Source: Candidatus Lustribacter sp. (lineage in GTDB: Bacteria; Vulcanimicrobiota; Vulcanimicrobiia; Vulcanimicrobiales; Vulcanimicrobiaceae). Taken from it: 64,000 bases of DNA. Shown piece by piece: positions 31,347-40,652 of this stretch. Position 1 is the stretch's first letter. Every line of letters starts with the position of its first letter. Location of the stretch: the NCBI GenBank assembly GCA_965277805.1, contig OZ255842.1, forward strand, positions 5,056,001-5,120,000. Reading direction: 5' to 3'. Both the position numbers and the translations under genes were made by a program. Under the pieces are notes generated by a model. The model was not told where the DNA came from. It was given only the letters and a program-made list of their open reading frames with translations, and ran no database searches.

Positions 31347-32378
31347 ATGTCGCCTGGCCTTCCGCTAGTCAAGGAGCTGATTGAGGACGCAATGCGGGAG
31401 CCCGCGGCGATTGAGGAGGTCGGCGGGCCGGCCGACGCAGTGATCCGCGCCGGGGGGCGTCGCTTTCTGGTTGAGATGAAGAGCGACGCACGCAGCGCCT
31501 CGGTCGCCTCGGCGATTTCACAGCTCGAAGCGTATCGTAATTCCTACCCAAACGGCGAGAAAGAACTGCTTCCGATCCTGATTGTGCGGCACATGGGCGA
31601 CGCTGGGGCAGACCTTTGCCGCCAGAGCGGTGTCAACTGGCTCGACTTTGACGGGAACGCTGACATCCAAGCACCAGACCTCCGCATCAGGATCGTGGGC
31701 CGACGCAACAGGCAGCGGCCGAAGCCGCAGCAAGGCGTGAATCCCTTTGCAGCCAAGGCTTCCCGAGTCGCTCATGTTCTTTTGTTGGAACCACGCAGAC
31801 TTTGGACACGCGCCGAGCTACAATCTGCGACTGGTCTAGACAAGGGCTCCATTAGCCGCACGATCCGAGCGCTCCAAACTGGCGGTTATCTCAAGCCAGA
31901 TTCGATGGCTCGATCGATCGTGACGGTCGCCGATCCACGAACCCTTTTAGCTGCGTGGGCCGAACACTATCGACCCCGGCCGGCAGCAGCGTATGGCTTA
32001 CTCTCTACCCGGGATGGCCAGCATACCGAAGCGCGCGTGAATGAAATTCTCGATGCGCACAATGCTACTGCATTTTTCGGTGGGCTCTCTGCAGCGGCGG
32101 TATACACAAACTTCGGCTCGTTCCGTCGCGTTCGTGTTTATCTCGAGGCAGATCTAAGTCGAGATATCCGTGACGATCTCAACGTGTCTGACGATCCTCG
32201 CGGTCGAAACATCGTCCTCGTCGTCGACGACGGAGGCGCAAAGATCGGTTCAGAGACACGATCGGGCCGCCGGTACACCAGTCCCATCCTTTCCTACCTT
32301 GATCTTCAGGATGAAGCTGAACGAGCTGAGGAGGCGCGTGAGGAACTCCGCCGCGTAATCGAGGCACAATGGAAGTAA
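31347..32378 (+). CDS. Type IV TA AbiEi-like antitoxin/transcriptional regulator (N-terminal PD-(D/E)xK-like + wHTH)
   Basis: AD..LVEMK...GVNWLDFDGNA; HTH ELQSATGLDKGSISR; LLAAWAEHY; SPILSYLDL...RAEEA. Confidence 0.75.
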   Translation: MSPGLPLVKELIEDAMREPAAIEEVGGPADAVIRAGGRRFLVEMKSDARSASVASAISQLEAYRNSYPNGEKELLPILIVRHMGDAGADLCRQSGVNWLDFDGNADIQAPDLRIRIVGRRNRQRPKPQQGVNPFAAKASRVAHVLLLEPRRLWTRAELQSATGLDKGSISRTIRALQTGGYLKPDSMARSIVTVADPRTLLAAWAEHYRPRPAAAYGLLSTRDGQHTEARVNEILDAHNATAFFGGLSAAAVYTNFGSFRRVRVYLEADLSRDIRDDLNVSDDPRGRNIVLVVDDGGAKIGSETRSGRRYTSPILSYLDLQDEAERAEEAREELRRVIEAQWK

Positions 32379-33229
32379 CTGGAACATCTGCCGCAGAGTA
32401 CACGCCCGAGCGACTAAACCTCATAAAGGCAACATGCTTAAGCGTGGCGCTCGCGTTAGGAGATGAGATTTGCCGGGATGAGATTGTCATCGTCGGCGGT
32501 CTCGTACCTGTGTTGCTTTACGGAGAAGGAGCCGATCTTGTCCTCGGTGCTCACGTCGGCACCAACGACTTAGACCTGGCACTCGACCTGGTCATTCTCG
32601 ATAGTGAACGCTACGAGCAAATCCGCGACCTACTTACTCGCGCCGGGTTCAAGCCCGACGAGAGCGAGGACGGCGCCTTAATCCGTCAACGTTGGCGACA
32701 TGCTGACGCAAAGAGTACCGTTGACTTCCTTATGCCGCTCAGTCAAGGCGCTGACCCCAGCGGCCGCGGAAAGCTACACAGCCTGACCGGCGATTTCGCA
32801 GCGATTAAGATGCTCGGGCTCGACCTCGCCTTGCAAAACAAAGTCATGATCGAACTTGGGGGTCGAGATCTCCAAAATCGGCAAGTGAAACGCAACGTAC
32901 CGGTTTGCCCAGCTCATGTATTTGTGATCTTGAAAGCGATCGCGATGAAGAATCGTGACAAACAGAAAGATGCCTACGACCTTTACTACGTCCTTCGACA
33001 CGCCGACAGCGGAGCCGCCGGCTTGGGTCAGCAGCTCGAGGCTTTTAGAGAGCACGCTGCATTCGCGGAGATGATCGCTAGCCTCCGGCGTGACTTCGTA
33101 ACAATCGACAGTCGTGGTCCCATGGATGTCTGCGCATTTCTTGGCGAAACAGGAAACAACGATTTGGCAGCGGACGTGCTTGCCAATGTCCAAGACCTGT
33201 TGCGGGTACTGCAACCGGTCGATCGCTAG
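32369..33229 (+). CDS. AbiEii-like nucleotidyltransferase (putative type IV toxin)
   Basis: IVIVGGLV...GTNDLDL...VDFL...LKAIA...KQKDAYDLYY; overlaps the antitoxin gene. Confidence 0.75.
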   Translation: MEVTGTSAAEYTPERLNLIKATCLSVALALGDEICRDEIVIVGGLVPVLLYGEGADLVLGAHVGTNDLDLALDLVILDSERYEQIRDLLTRAGFKPDESEDGALIRQRWRHADAKSTVDFLMPLSQGADPSGRGKLHSLTGDFAAIKMLGLDLALQNKVMIELGGRDLQNRQVKRNVPVCPAHVFVILKAIAMKNRDKQKDAYDLYYVLRHADSGAAGLGQQLEAFREHAAFAEMIASLRRDFVTIDSRGPMDVCAFLGETGNNDLAADVLANVQDLLRVLQPVDR

Positions 33230-33260
33230 GCGCCGGAACGACCCTAAGCACGGATTTTCG

Positions 33261-34145
33261 CTACTTCCCGGAAACAGAATCTGCAAATTCGAGAAGGAGC
33301 GGGCCGAGATCAGGAAAGATACCGACCATCTCACGTGAAGCGCGCAAGACAAACTGGGACACATAGTCGACGGTCAAAGCAATGTAACCCTTTTCTATTT
33401 CGTTCTCGATACCTCGCCCGCGATTCTGCGCTGCCATTCGGTACCAGGCTAATGGCGTGCTATGGACCTGAGCCGAAAGAAAGCGATACATCCCGCGAAA
33501 AGCGGCCGATGCGTCTCCCATCCGAATCACGATCTTGTCTTGCGAGAGTAGCATAGCAGACTCACCCTTTAAGAGATTCTTCTGCTGTTTCTCTGGTAGC
33601 GAAGAGAAAAAGCTATTGCTCAGCAACCGCGCTTGAAGATCACTGGTGTGCTTGTCAAAGCCGGCAGAATCCATCTCAGGCTTCCAAGCGCGGAGCATCT
33701 GCAAACGCGAGACATTATCGCGCAAGTGCATGAGCGCCATCCGGGCCTTCCACTCCTTGTTGTCCACGCGTTCAACGCACAAGTAAAAGAAGACAAAGTA
33801 GCACTCGATGATGTTTCGCGCTAGCGACGCAATTGAGCTGAAATCCCAGTTCTCAAGCCCGCCGAAGAAAGCACTCCTCGGTGTAAGCTTCAGAACGCTT
33901 ACAGAGATTACGACAAGCCGAGTGAACAATAGCGTAGCCCACCAGGCTTTGCCGGTCGCATGTCGCCCACCCGAGTTCGCGGAAATGCTCTGCGCGATTA
34001 AAACAACACGCTCGAATTTCTTCATTACGTCATCGTAGACGAGCGCGCTTTCTGGCGCGTCCGCAGTCGATCCGAATTCGCCAACGGTTCCACCGTCAGC
34101 CGGTTCAAGTATCGTGTCTTCGCTGTCTCGCGGATTCTCGCTCAT
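33261..34145 (-). CDS. DUF5677-like helical protein
   Basis: SIASLARNIIECYFVFFYL and MYRFLSAQVHS motifs. Confidence 0.6.
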   Translation of the reverse strand: MSENPRDSEDTILEPADGGTVGEFGSTADAPESALVYDDVMKKFERVVLIAQSISANSGGRHATGKAWWATLLFTRLVVISVSVLKLTPRSAFFGGLENWDFSSIASLARNIIECYFVFFYLCVERVDNKEWKARMALMHLRDNVSRLQMLRAWKPEMDSAGFDKHTSDLQARLLSNSFFSSLPEKQQKNLLKGESAMLLSQDKIVIRMGDASAAFRGMYRFLSAQVHSTPLAWYRMAAQNRGRGIENEIEKGYIALTVDYVSQFVLRASREMVGIFPDLGPLLLEFADSVSGK

Positions 34146-34885
34146 ATGTCAGGCTCTATTGGTCCGCCGAGCCGCCTCTCTGCGAGCGCTGCGTCAAACC
34201 ATTGATATTCAGCAGGCGTTCCGGCGTCAAGCTCCTGCAACGTTAGATGCAATACCGCGAGGGCATGTCTAAATCGCTGAGGGCTCTTAGAACTGCCACC
34301 GGTATAGCATGCAAAGAGCTCCCGCGGTCTGCCTACGAGACTTGAGCAAAGCTCGCTAACCTCTGCATGCTGCAGTTGGTGCCCCAGTTCGTGGGCGAAG
34401 CTGTTCCTAATCTTCGCCACAATCAGAAGGGAGTTCATCAGCCCAGGCCCGATCGCGTCGAAAGCCCGTGCGAAGCGGACTTTTTCGTTGAAGGTCCTGC
34501 GGGCAACTCTTACGGCATTTGGGTTTTTAAGCTTGCGCTCAACGATGCGGACGAGATAATAATCGAAATATGCGACCCCTCGCAGAATAGCGCCGAGATG
34601 ATCGGTTCGCCAGTTTCTCGGCCAGAGTGCCTCGTGAAAAGCGCGTTCAGACAGAACATCAACTTGTGGCCACTGATCCGAGAGATGGTCTATCATCGCC
34701 ATTGGCCGAGGATCGTAGTTAGTATAGGGGATCGTTTCCTTTAGCAGTGCAATTGCGGCGTCGGCCATTGTGGGATGTGCGCGACCGACCATGCGAACTA
34801 GCGTGCCCGTCTCCTGCTCGCTTAGAGACAGCTTTAGCCATGACTCCACTGCCGCATTAAAATCATCATTCATTGGTCGCCGCAT
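34142..34885 (-). CDS. MtlR-like HEPN-fold protein with RNxxxH motif
   Basis: TFNEKVRFARAFDAIG...KIRNSFAHE; 4-bp overlap with the downstream gene. Confidence 0.6.
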   Translation of the reverse strand: MRRPMNDDFNAAVESWLKLSLSEQETGTLVRMVGRAHPTMADAAIALLKETIPYTNYDPRPMAMIDHLSDQWPQVDVLSERAFHEALWPRNWRTDHLGAILRGVAYFDYYLVRIVERKLKNPNAVRVARRTFNEKVRFARAFDAIGPGLMNSLLIVAKIRNSFAHELGHQLQHAEVSELCSSLVGRPRELFACYTGGSSKSPQRFRHALAVLHLTLQELDAGTPAEYQWFDAALAERRLGGPIEPDI

Positions 34886-34952
34886 CCTTTATCCTTTATC
34901 CTTATGGTCGCCGACGCTTATAGCTAACGTTTAGTAACGCAGCGGCTTTTTG

Positions 34953-36383
34953 CTAAGTATCGGCGCCGGCGTCAGGTACAAGATTCAAGTAAGACACTTT
35001 CAGCTGGCTCAGAATATCTTCAAAAAACGAATCTCGCTTCAGATTCGGCGATCGATGAATTCTAAGAAGCTCCAACGTCAGCAGCATCCTACCGGTCCGC
35101 GATCTATCTGCTGTGGATCCCGATTTAAGATGCCCGTGCGGTGCAATGTCAGCCGGCAGAGCTTCCACGAAGTCATCGACAAGCGAATCCTCGTTTTCGG
35201 TCTCCGCCTTCGAAAGACCGACATTCAGCCGCCAGAGCGCCTCTAATCCCGGCATTAAATCGTTAGGCAACGCGCCTAGAGCTTTTAAGAGTTCCGCGAG
35301 TTGGAGAAACTCAAGGTCCTTCCCTGCTTCAGAAATGTCTCTTGGCGACTTCAACTGGCGCGACAGAAGATCTAAAAAAACTCGCGTCGCGTACTCGACG
35401 AGCGCCCCAGCGCCAATGGTGGGTTCCGCGACGAGCTGTAGCGCAAGGAGGGGACCAATGTCGGTGTCATCATCCGAACCTTGCGTAGAGGAAGCTCGTA
35501 CGTTTACCCGGACGTTGTGGCCAGCGGGAATTGCCGGCGCCACGGGAACGTGTTTAGAGGCCTCAACCAAGTCCGATACATCGAACGGAAGCTCTCGAAA
35601 CGGTGGTGCGACGCGCAACCGTCGAACAACTTGGTTGTAGTGGTCTATAAGAGTTATCCAATGCGTTCCACGCAGCTTAAACCTCTCGCCAGTTAAGACC
35701 AGCACGCGTATGAGCGATTCGACAATGACGGCGATATTTTGATCGCGTGTTGTAAGTAAGCTGTTGGTGCTAAGCCATAACTTACCATCGGGATCTCGAC
35801 GCATCACATCCATCATGCCCAATTGGAGTCCGTGCATTGTTGTGCTCGGCAACCAATGATGGCGTGCATATCTCTCATCGGCATGCTCCTTATCAAGAGC
35901 TAGCAACATATCGAACATCGACACTTCGCCATATGCAGCGTGAACATCCGGAATTGATTGTTTCAGGCGTGCGATTTCGTCAGCAAGCGCCTTAGCCGCG
36001 GCTGAATTTGCTTCGTCGTACCCAAGACGACGGAGAAAATCACTTTGCTTAAGGGGTACCGAATGATATTGCTGCAACGCTTTATCTGGAAAGCGAAAGA
36101 GATATTCCGCCTTAGTGGCATACTCGAAGGCCAGGCGCTTCATCGTTATTAATTGTCGGTCAATGCTTTCTCGAAGGATCGCCTGCGCAACAAACGCTAC
36201 GTCGTAAGATAAGACTAATAGATAGAGCAGCCATAACGCGATCGGATGATCGTCGGTCTCTTTATTGCGTTGGCGCAGGGCAAAATCTCGAAGGAACGTC
36301 TTATAGGATCTGCTCGTCCGAGTGAGCAAATGCATGAGATCTTCATTAAGCGGATCTGGCTTAATCGGCTTTGATTTGCTCAC
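34953..36383 (-). CDS. DUF5677-like domain fused to a degenerate MtlR/HEPN-like domain
   Basis: N-terminal MKRLAFEY...PSTTMHG; C-terminal EFLQLAELLKALGALPNDLMPGLEALWRLNVGLSK lacks the RxxxxH motif. Confidence 0.5.
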   Translation of the reverse strand: MSKSKPIKPDPLNEDLMHLLTRTSRSYKTFLRDFALRQRNKETDDHPIALWLLYLLVLSYDVAFVAQAILRESIDRQLITMKRLAFEYATKAEYLFRFPDKALQQYHSVPLKQSDFLRRLGYDEANSAAAKALADEIARLKQSIPDVHAAYGEVSMFDMLLALDKEHADERYARHHWLPSTTMHGLQLGMMDVMRRDPDGKLWLSTNSLLTTRDQNIAVIVESLIRVLVLTGERFKLRGTHWITLIDHYNQVVRRLRVAPPFRELPFDVSDLVEASKHVPVAPAIPAGHNVRVNVRASSTQGSDDDTDIGPLLALQLVAEPTIGAGALVEYATRVFLDLLSRQLKSPRDISEAGKDLEFLQLAELLKALGALPNDLMPGLEALWRLNVGLSKAETENEDSLVDDFVEALPADIAPHGHLKSGSTADRSRTGRMLLTLELLRIHRSPNLKRDSFFEDILSQLKVSYLNLVPDAGADT

Positions 36384-36674
36384 CTCGATTTATCACAAGC
36401 GTGGACGCCGGCGCAGCGATGAGCCCGACCTTCGACTGAGCTATTGACATGGCTTATAATATACACGTCTGGTCCTGCGGCGGTTAATTTCGTTCCAATT
36501 CGGTTCTACGTAGTGCCGGACTCACCAGTTCTGCGCGGACCTTGAGAGCATGGCGACGGGCTAAATGCCGGTTCCAGAGCCTCGATGTCGGCGACTCACG
36601 AAAGGACTCCGGTTGCAACAATTGGCTAAACCGGACGGCAACGGCGCGGAAATCAGGGGGTGTAGTCATAGGCA

Positions 36675-36851
36675 ATGAGACTCTTTGAAAACGATGCTCA
36701 GCTGGCGAGGGCCCTGCGCGTCCTGAGCGAGGAGGGTTTGATCGACGTCGTCGCAGGCGACGACGGCAAGCCGCGCTTCCAGCTCAGCGCCGCCATCACC
36801 CGGGGCGCCGTGAGGCGCCATGCACCCCGTCAGGGCGGATCGAGGCGGTAG
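36675..36851 (+). CDS. Tiny wHTH-like ORF or fragment (58 aa)
   Basis: Manual translation MRLFENDAQLARALRVLSEEGLIDVVAGDDGKPRFQLS... Confidence 0.35.
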   Translation: MRLFENDAQLARALRVLSEEGLIDVVAGDDGKPRFQLSAAITRGAVRRHAPRQGGSRR

Positions 36852-37029
36852 CCGACCCGCGCGACGGTATGGAGCATTGCTGCGTTCTCGCCGAGCTGCA
36901 GACGCAGACGCCGAACGTGCACATCGACGGTCCGATCGGATTCGATGCTCTCCAGCGTAGCGTGATCCCAGGCCAGCTCGAGAAGCTGGGCGCGGCTGAG
37001 TGCGCGTCCTGCGTTGCGAGCAAGGGCGG

Positions 37030-37389
37030 CTAGTAGTTCAAGCTCACGCGGCTTGAGGTCGAGTGCTCGATCATCCGACCAACGATGAGCGCGCTTGCGA
37101 GCGTGAGGACCACGGATAGCGCCGCGGCGCCGTAGCCACGAAACTGCGGAACGACGACGGCGGCAGCCACCGCCGCGAAATAGCCGCTAATCGCGGAGGC
37201 GAAGAGCCACACTATCCCACTTGGTAGACCCGACCCAAACGAATTTACGAAGCCGCCAACGAAATAGGCGACGAAACACACCACCAAGCCAGCAGGAACA
37301 AAAAGCGCCCAGCGGACCACGTTCGAAGCGACGGACTGGAAGCGGTTCGCTGCGATCGCGGGATGGCCGGGCTGCGCCTCGGAAGCCAC
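37030..37389 (-). CDS. Small membrane protein (3 TM)
   Basis: Hydrophobic segments. Confidence 0.5.
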   Translation of the reverse strand: MASEAQPGHPAIAANRFQSVASNVVRWALFVPAGLVVCFVAYFVGGFVNSFGSGLPSGIVWLFASAISGYFAAVAAAVVVPQFRGYGAAALSVVLTLASALIVGRMIEHSTSSRVSLNY

Positions 37390-37518
37390 AGTCTCCGACT
37401 ACCAAGCCAGGCGCCTGCTTCCCTTTATAAGCAAAGCATGGTCGCCCACAGCCGTCACTCCGCGCTGCGCGTGGGCACGCAGCAAGGCAAGCGTCGCTCT
37501 GTTCATGAAGTGTCGCCT

Positions 37519-37982
37519 ATGAAGTCGCTCTGGGCGTTCGTTCTCGTGATCGGACCTTTTGGCGATTGCAGTTGGAGCAATGGCTGCGGAGGCGGCGCCA
37601 GCCGGCGTGCCCCGAGCTGAAGCGGCATGTGTGCAAGGGTCCGGAGACCCGAGTGCGGCACCAACGAGCGTCTACTCCGATTGTGGCGCTGCGGTGGACT
37701 TTTTTCGTAATATGAAAAACACCGCCGCAAAGGCCGATGAATTTTATCTCGCTGAATATCGGCTTGTTCGAAATCTATCAGGCGCATGCAGCCGACGCAA
37801 TCAGGCTCGGGGGCCGTGCCGATATGCTTCGCGCGGACGCCAAGCGCATTTGGAAGAAGCTCGGCGATCACAGTGCTAGCCCGCGCGTGCGGCAACAGGC
37901 AAAAGTCTCGTCACAGTGTTTTTTCGCCAACAATGCGGCGGCTTGCCAGAAAGCGTTTTCAGCGGGACCGAACGGTTTCTGA
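37519..37982 (+). pseudogene. Probable frameshifted exported Cys-containing protein
   Basis: Signal-like MKSLWAFVLVIG.. continues in a second frame (AIAVGAMAAEAAP...) and a third frame (SLNIGLFEIYQ...CFF...CQKAF). Confidence 0.4.
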
Positions 37983-38017
37983 CGCTTGCAAAATCATCAT
38001 TATTTTAAGCACGACAA

Positions 38018-38665
38018 ATGGTAACTTACTACGAGCTGCTTGGTGTAAAACGACAAGCAACGTTTGAACAGATCAGAAAAGCCTATCGCCTAAACGTGGC
38101 TGCGTATCATCCTGACATCAACGATGCACCCAACGCGCAAGGCCTAACTATTTTGCTTAATGCGGCCTGGGAAACACTTTCCGAACCCGACCTGCGCGAG
38201 AAGTATGACGAGCTGCTCATGACCGTCGCACCAGCGATTGAAAAGAGCAACGATGAAGCGGCCAAAGCTCGCCGCACGAGCGAACCGGCGGGGCCTCAAT
38301 CGGGAACATCGGCTCACCACTCGGGGCCTAGTGAACAAAAAACAACAGCTGGGCCGACGGAGCCAGATCGCTCTCCTGGGGAAACCATCGCCGTCACTGT
38401 CCTCGGCGGCACCATACTTCCTTTTGAGATTATCGTTGAGGTAAGATTGCCAGCATCCGAAACGCAAACCTATCCCGATGGTCCGTATCGTATCGCCATG
38501 TACCAAGATGGTCGCTACGTTGTTGTCGATGGCCGCCCGCGCATTATCGCTAACTTTGCTCGCAGCGTGGCGATCTTTTTTCGGGCCTGTAAGATGTCGG
38601 GACTCACCACGTATCAACGCGGTCGTTTGGCAGCCGGTAGACCCGCCGTACTGCCTAACGCATAA
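38018..38665 (+). CDS. J-domain (DnaJ-type) protein with unknown C-terminal domain
   Basis: TYYELLGV...IRKAYR...YHPD...LNAAWETLS...REKYD. Confidence 0.88.
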   Translation: MVTYYELLGVKRQATFEQIRKAYRLNVAAYHPDINDAPNAQGLTILLNAAWETLSEPDLREKYDELLMTVAPAIEKSNDEAAKARRTSEPAGPQSGTSAHHSGPSEQKTTAGPTEPDRSPGETIAVTVLGGTILPFEIIVEVRLPASETQTYPDGPYRIAMYQDGRYVVVDGRPRIIANFARSVAIFFRACKMSGLTTYQRGRLAAGRPAVLPNA

Positions 38666-38683
38666 CCGTGTGGGGGCCGAGGA

Positions 38684-39037
38684 TTATGGCAGGGGAACTT
38701 CCCAGACCGTCCCGCATAGATTGCAGATCGTCTGAAAGTCGTCGAGACGGATGGAATTATGAACGTGCCCGTCCGCGGCGCTGGCCGGCCAGCCAGGATC
38801 GCTTTCGCTCTCACGCTCCAAGCTAACGATTGTAATATTTGGGGTCCGCCCCGCTGCAAAGCCGAGTGGCAAACAAATCGTCGCCAAACAACAGGCTTGG
38901 CCACCCCTCATGTGGCCGGGCTCTACGGTCTCGCTAGCCACTGTCCAGCCTCGATTCGCGAGCCAAGTCAATGCATGCGCCTTCCTGGTCTGCCCCGCGC
39001 CGTCGGCAATAAACCTTACTGTAGCGAACTGGCGCAT
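38684..39037 (-). CDS. Hypothetical protein with Cys-rich hydrophobic segment and C-terminal HxH/CxxC
   Basis: ACCLATICLPLGF; HVH...CNLCG. Confidence 0.55.
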   Translation of the reverse strand: MRQFATVRFIADGAGQTRKAHALTWLANRGWTVASETVEPGHMRGGQACCLATICLPLGFAAGRTPNITIVSLERESESDPGWPASAADGHVHNSIRLDDFQTICNLCGTVWEVPLP

Positions 39038-39377
39038 CTATTCCTCAAAAGGAACGATAGTAATCCGGCGGTTGCTGTAATACTGACGAGCAGGCCCGTC
39101 GCGAACCGAAGGCCGTTCGTCGACGTTCGCCAACCGGCGAGTTGCGTAGCGCCATCAATCAGAAACAGCGCGAACGCGAGCAAGAACAACGGGACAGCAA
39201 TCTTCGCCACTACGAGCCCGATTGGTGAGAAGACAATGCCGACGCAGAGCCCAGTACAGCGAGCGCAAACATGGAACTGCCTACGACGAATAAAAACGAT
39301 CGGTCAGAGCGCTGGTGGCAGCGCAGCATGCCAAGGTACGGGCTATCCGCGAAGGCGCGGATCAACGCCGCTTCCAT
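39016..39377 (-). pseudogene. DUF2085-like membrane protein, frameshifted at a T5 run
   Basis: CHQRSDRSF / IRRRQFHVCARCTG ... IDGATQLAGWRTSTNGLRFATG; adding one T at 39292-39296 restores the frame. Confidence 0.75.
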
Positions 39378-39468
39378 GGCGGCCTGCCACTTCGCAGCCC
39401 ATGTAGGTGCCGAGTGCTGGCCGGAGGTTCGACCGTGTGACCTCAAAAGGCCCACACCGATACCAACT

Positions 39469-39849
39469 TCAGATGATGACGTGAGCGACCGACGAGCCTT
39501 TGGGGTCAGCACCAAAGCGATTAGGCCCGTTCGTCCCTGCGCCGCAATACCAAATCAGCAACACAATCGGACCTACCGCTGGCACGAGGTTGATCAGAAT
39601 CCACCAGCCCGAACGTCCGATATCATGAAGCCGGCGAACGGCTATCGCAAGATTCGGCAAGAGAAGAACGATTGCAAACAGAGACCATACAATCGAACCG
39701 AGCCCAGTGTGGACTAGTTCGAACACAACCGCAATGGCAAAAAGTACGAGTTGAAAGAGCGCGAAATACCAAAACTCGGCTCGTCCTGCCCGCCCCTGAA
39801 ACGTGACGTACTTTCTAAGCGCGGTTTTAACAGCAAGAGAGAAGCTCAT
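39469..39849 (-). CDS. DUF805 family membrane protein
   Basis: YVTFQGRAGRAEFWYF, AVRRLHDIGRSGWW, GPNRFG. Confidence 0.92.
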   Translation of the reverse strand: MSFSLAVKTALRKYVTFQGRAGRAEFWYFALFQLVLFAIAVVFELVHTGLGSIVWSLFAIVLLLPNLAIAVRRLHDIGRSGWWILINLVPAVGPIVLLIWYCGAGTNGPNRFGADPKGSSVAHVII

Positions 39850-40124
39850 GGTTATACCGCCGATCATCGTTAGAAGCTGCACTCATAAGTTGCACGAACT
39901 CAAGCAAGCGCCTCTTTGGGCTACGAGCTCAGCGGACGGTCGTCGTGGTATGCAATTATAGCCTGACGCGCAGTGCGTACTGCTAAAGATCGGCCGGCGA
40001 GCCTTGTCGGCGAATGCAAACGGGGGATTGCGAACAGTAGAGGCGGCTCTACACAACCATTTGGAAATAGGAGCTTTAGGCATTGCCCGTGAGCGGCGCT
40101 TCGAAGACTCAATCGCGTCTCAGT

Positions 40125-40652
40125 ATGGATGCGCTCTTGTTCCTGAGTTCGTATGCCTTGATGTTCATTGCCCTTTCGTTTCGCTTCGATGAACCGCGGC
40201 TGAAGTGGAGTTGCATTGGCCTTGCCGCTGTTGGCATTCTCGGTGCGAGATATATTATTCGCAAGCAGAGCGAACGTACTCCGCAAATCGTAACATTAAC
40301 TCGCATCCAGGATATTGGCCCCGACGTAAGCGGTTACATCGCAACTTACCTGATGCCTATTATCGTAGTAGGCACCCCGACAACTGGAGATCTCATAGCA
40401 TATGGGATCACCCTTTGCGCCATCGGTTTCGTTTACGTCCGAAGTCGGATGGTGCAGTTAAATCCAACCCTGTACTTTTGCGGTTATTCACTCTTTGGCG
40501 TCGAGACTCGTGATGGCTTTAAGGGATACCTACTGACTGGCCAAGAACCGAAGCAAGCGCAACGCTACAAGGTGCTCCGGCGTGGCGATGTTCTCTTCGA
40601 CACGGGGGTGAGGGTTGAGGCAGAAAGTTCGGAAGAGCCCGCAAGCTCGTGA
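40125..40652 (+). CDS. Kiwa KwaA-like transmembrane protein
   Basis: LFLSSY, GYIATYLMP and NPTLYFCGYSLFGVE motifs; about 4 TM; directly upstream of a KwaB-like gene. Confidence 0.7.
   Translation: MDALLFLSSYALMFIALSFRFDEPRLKWSCIGLAAVGILGARYIIRKQSERTPQIVTLTRIQDIGPDVSGYIATYLMPIIVVGTPTTGDLIAYGITLCAIGFVYVRSRMVQLNPTLYFCGYSLFGVETRDGFKGYLLTGQEPKQAQRYKVLRRGDVLFDTGVRVEAESSEEPASS

Noticed and set aside
36443-36463. TTGACA followed closely by TATAAT
   Set aside because: The spacer is far too short (about 6 bp) for a sigma70 promoter.
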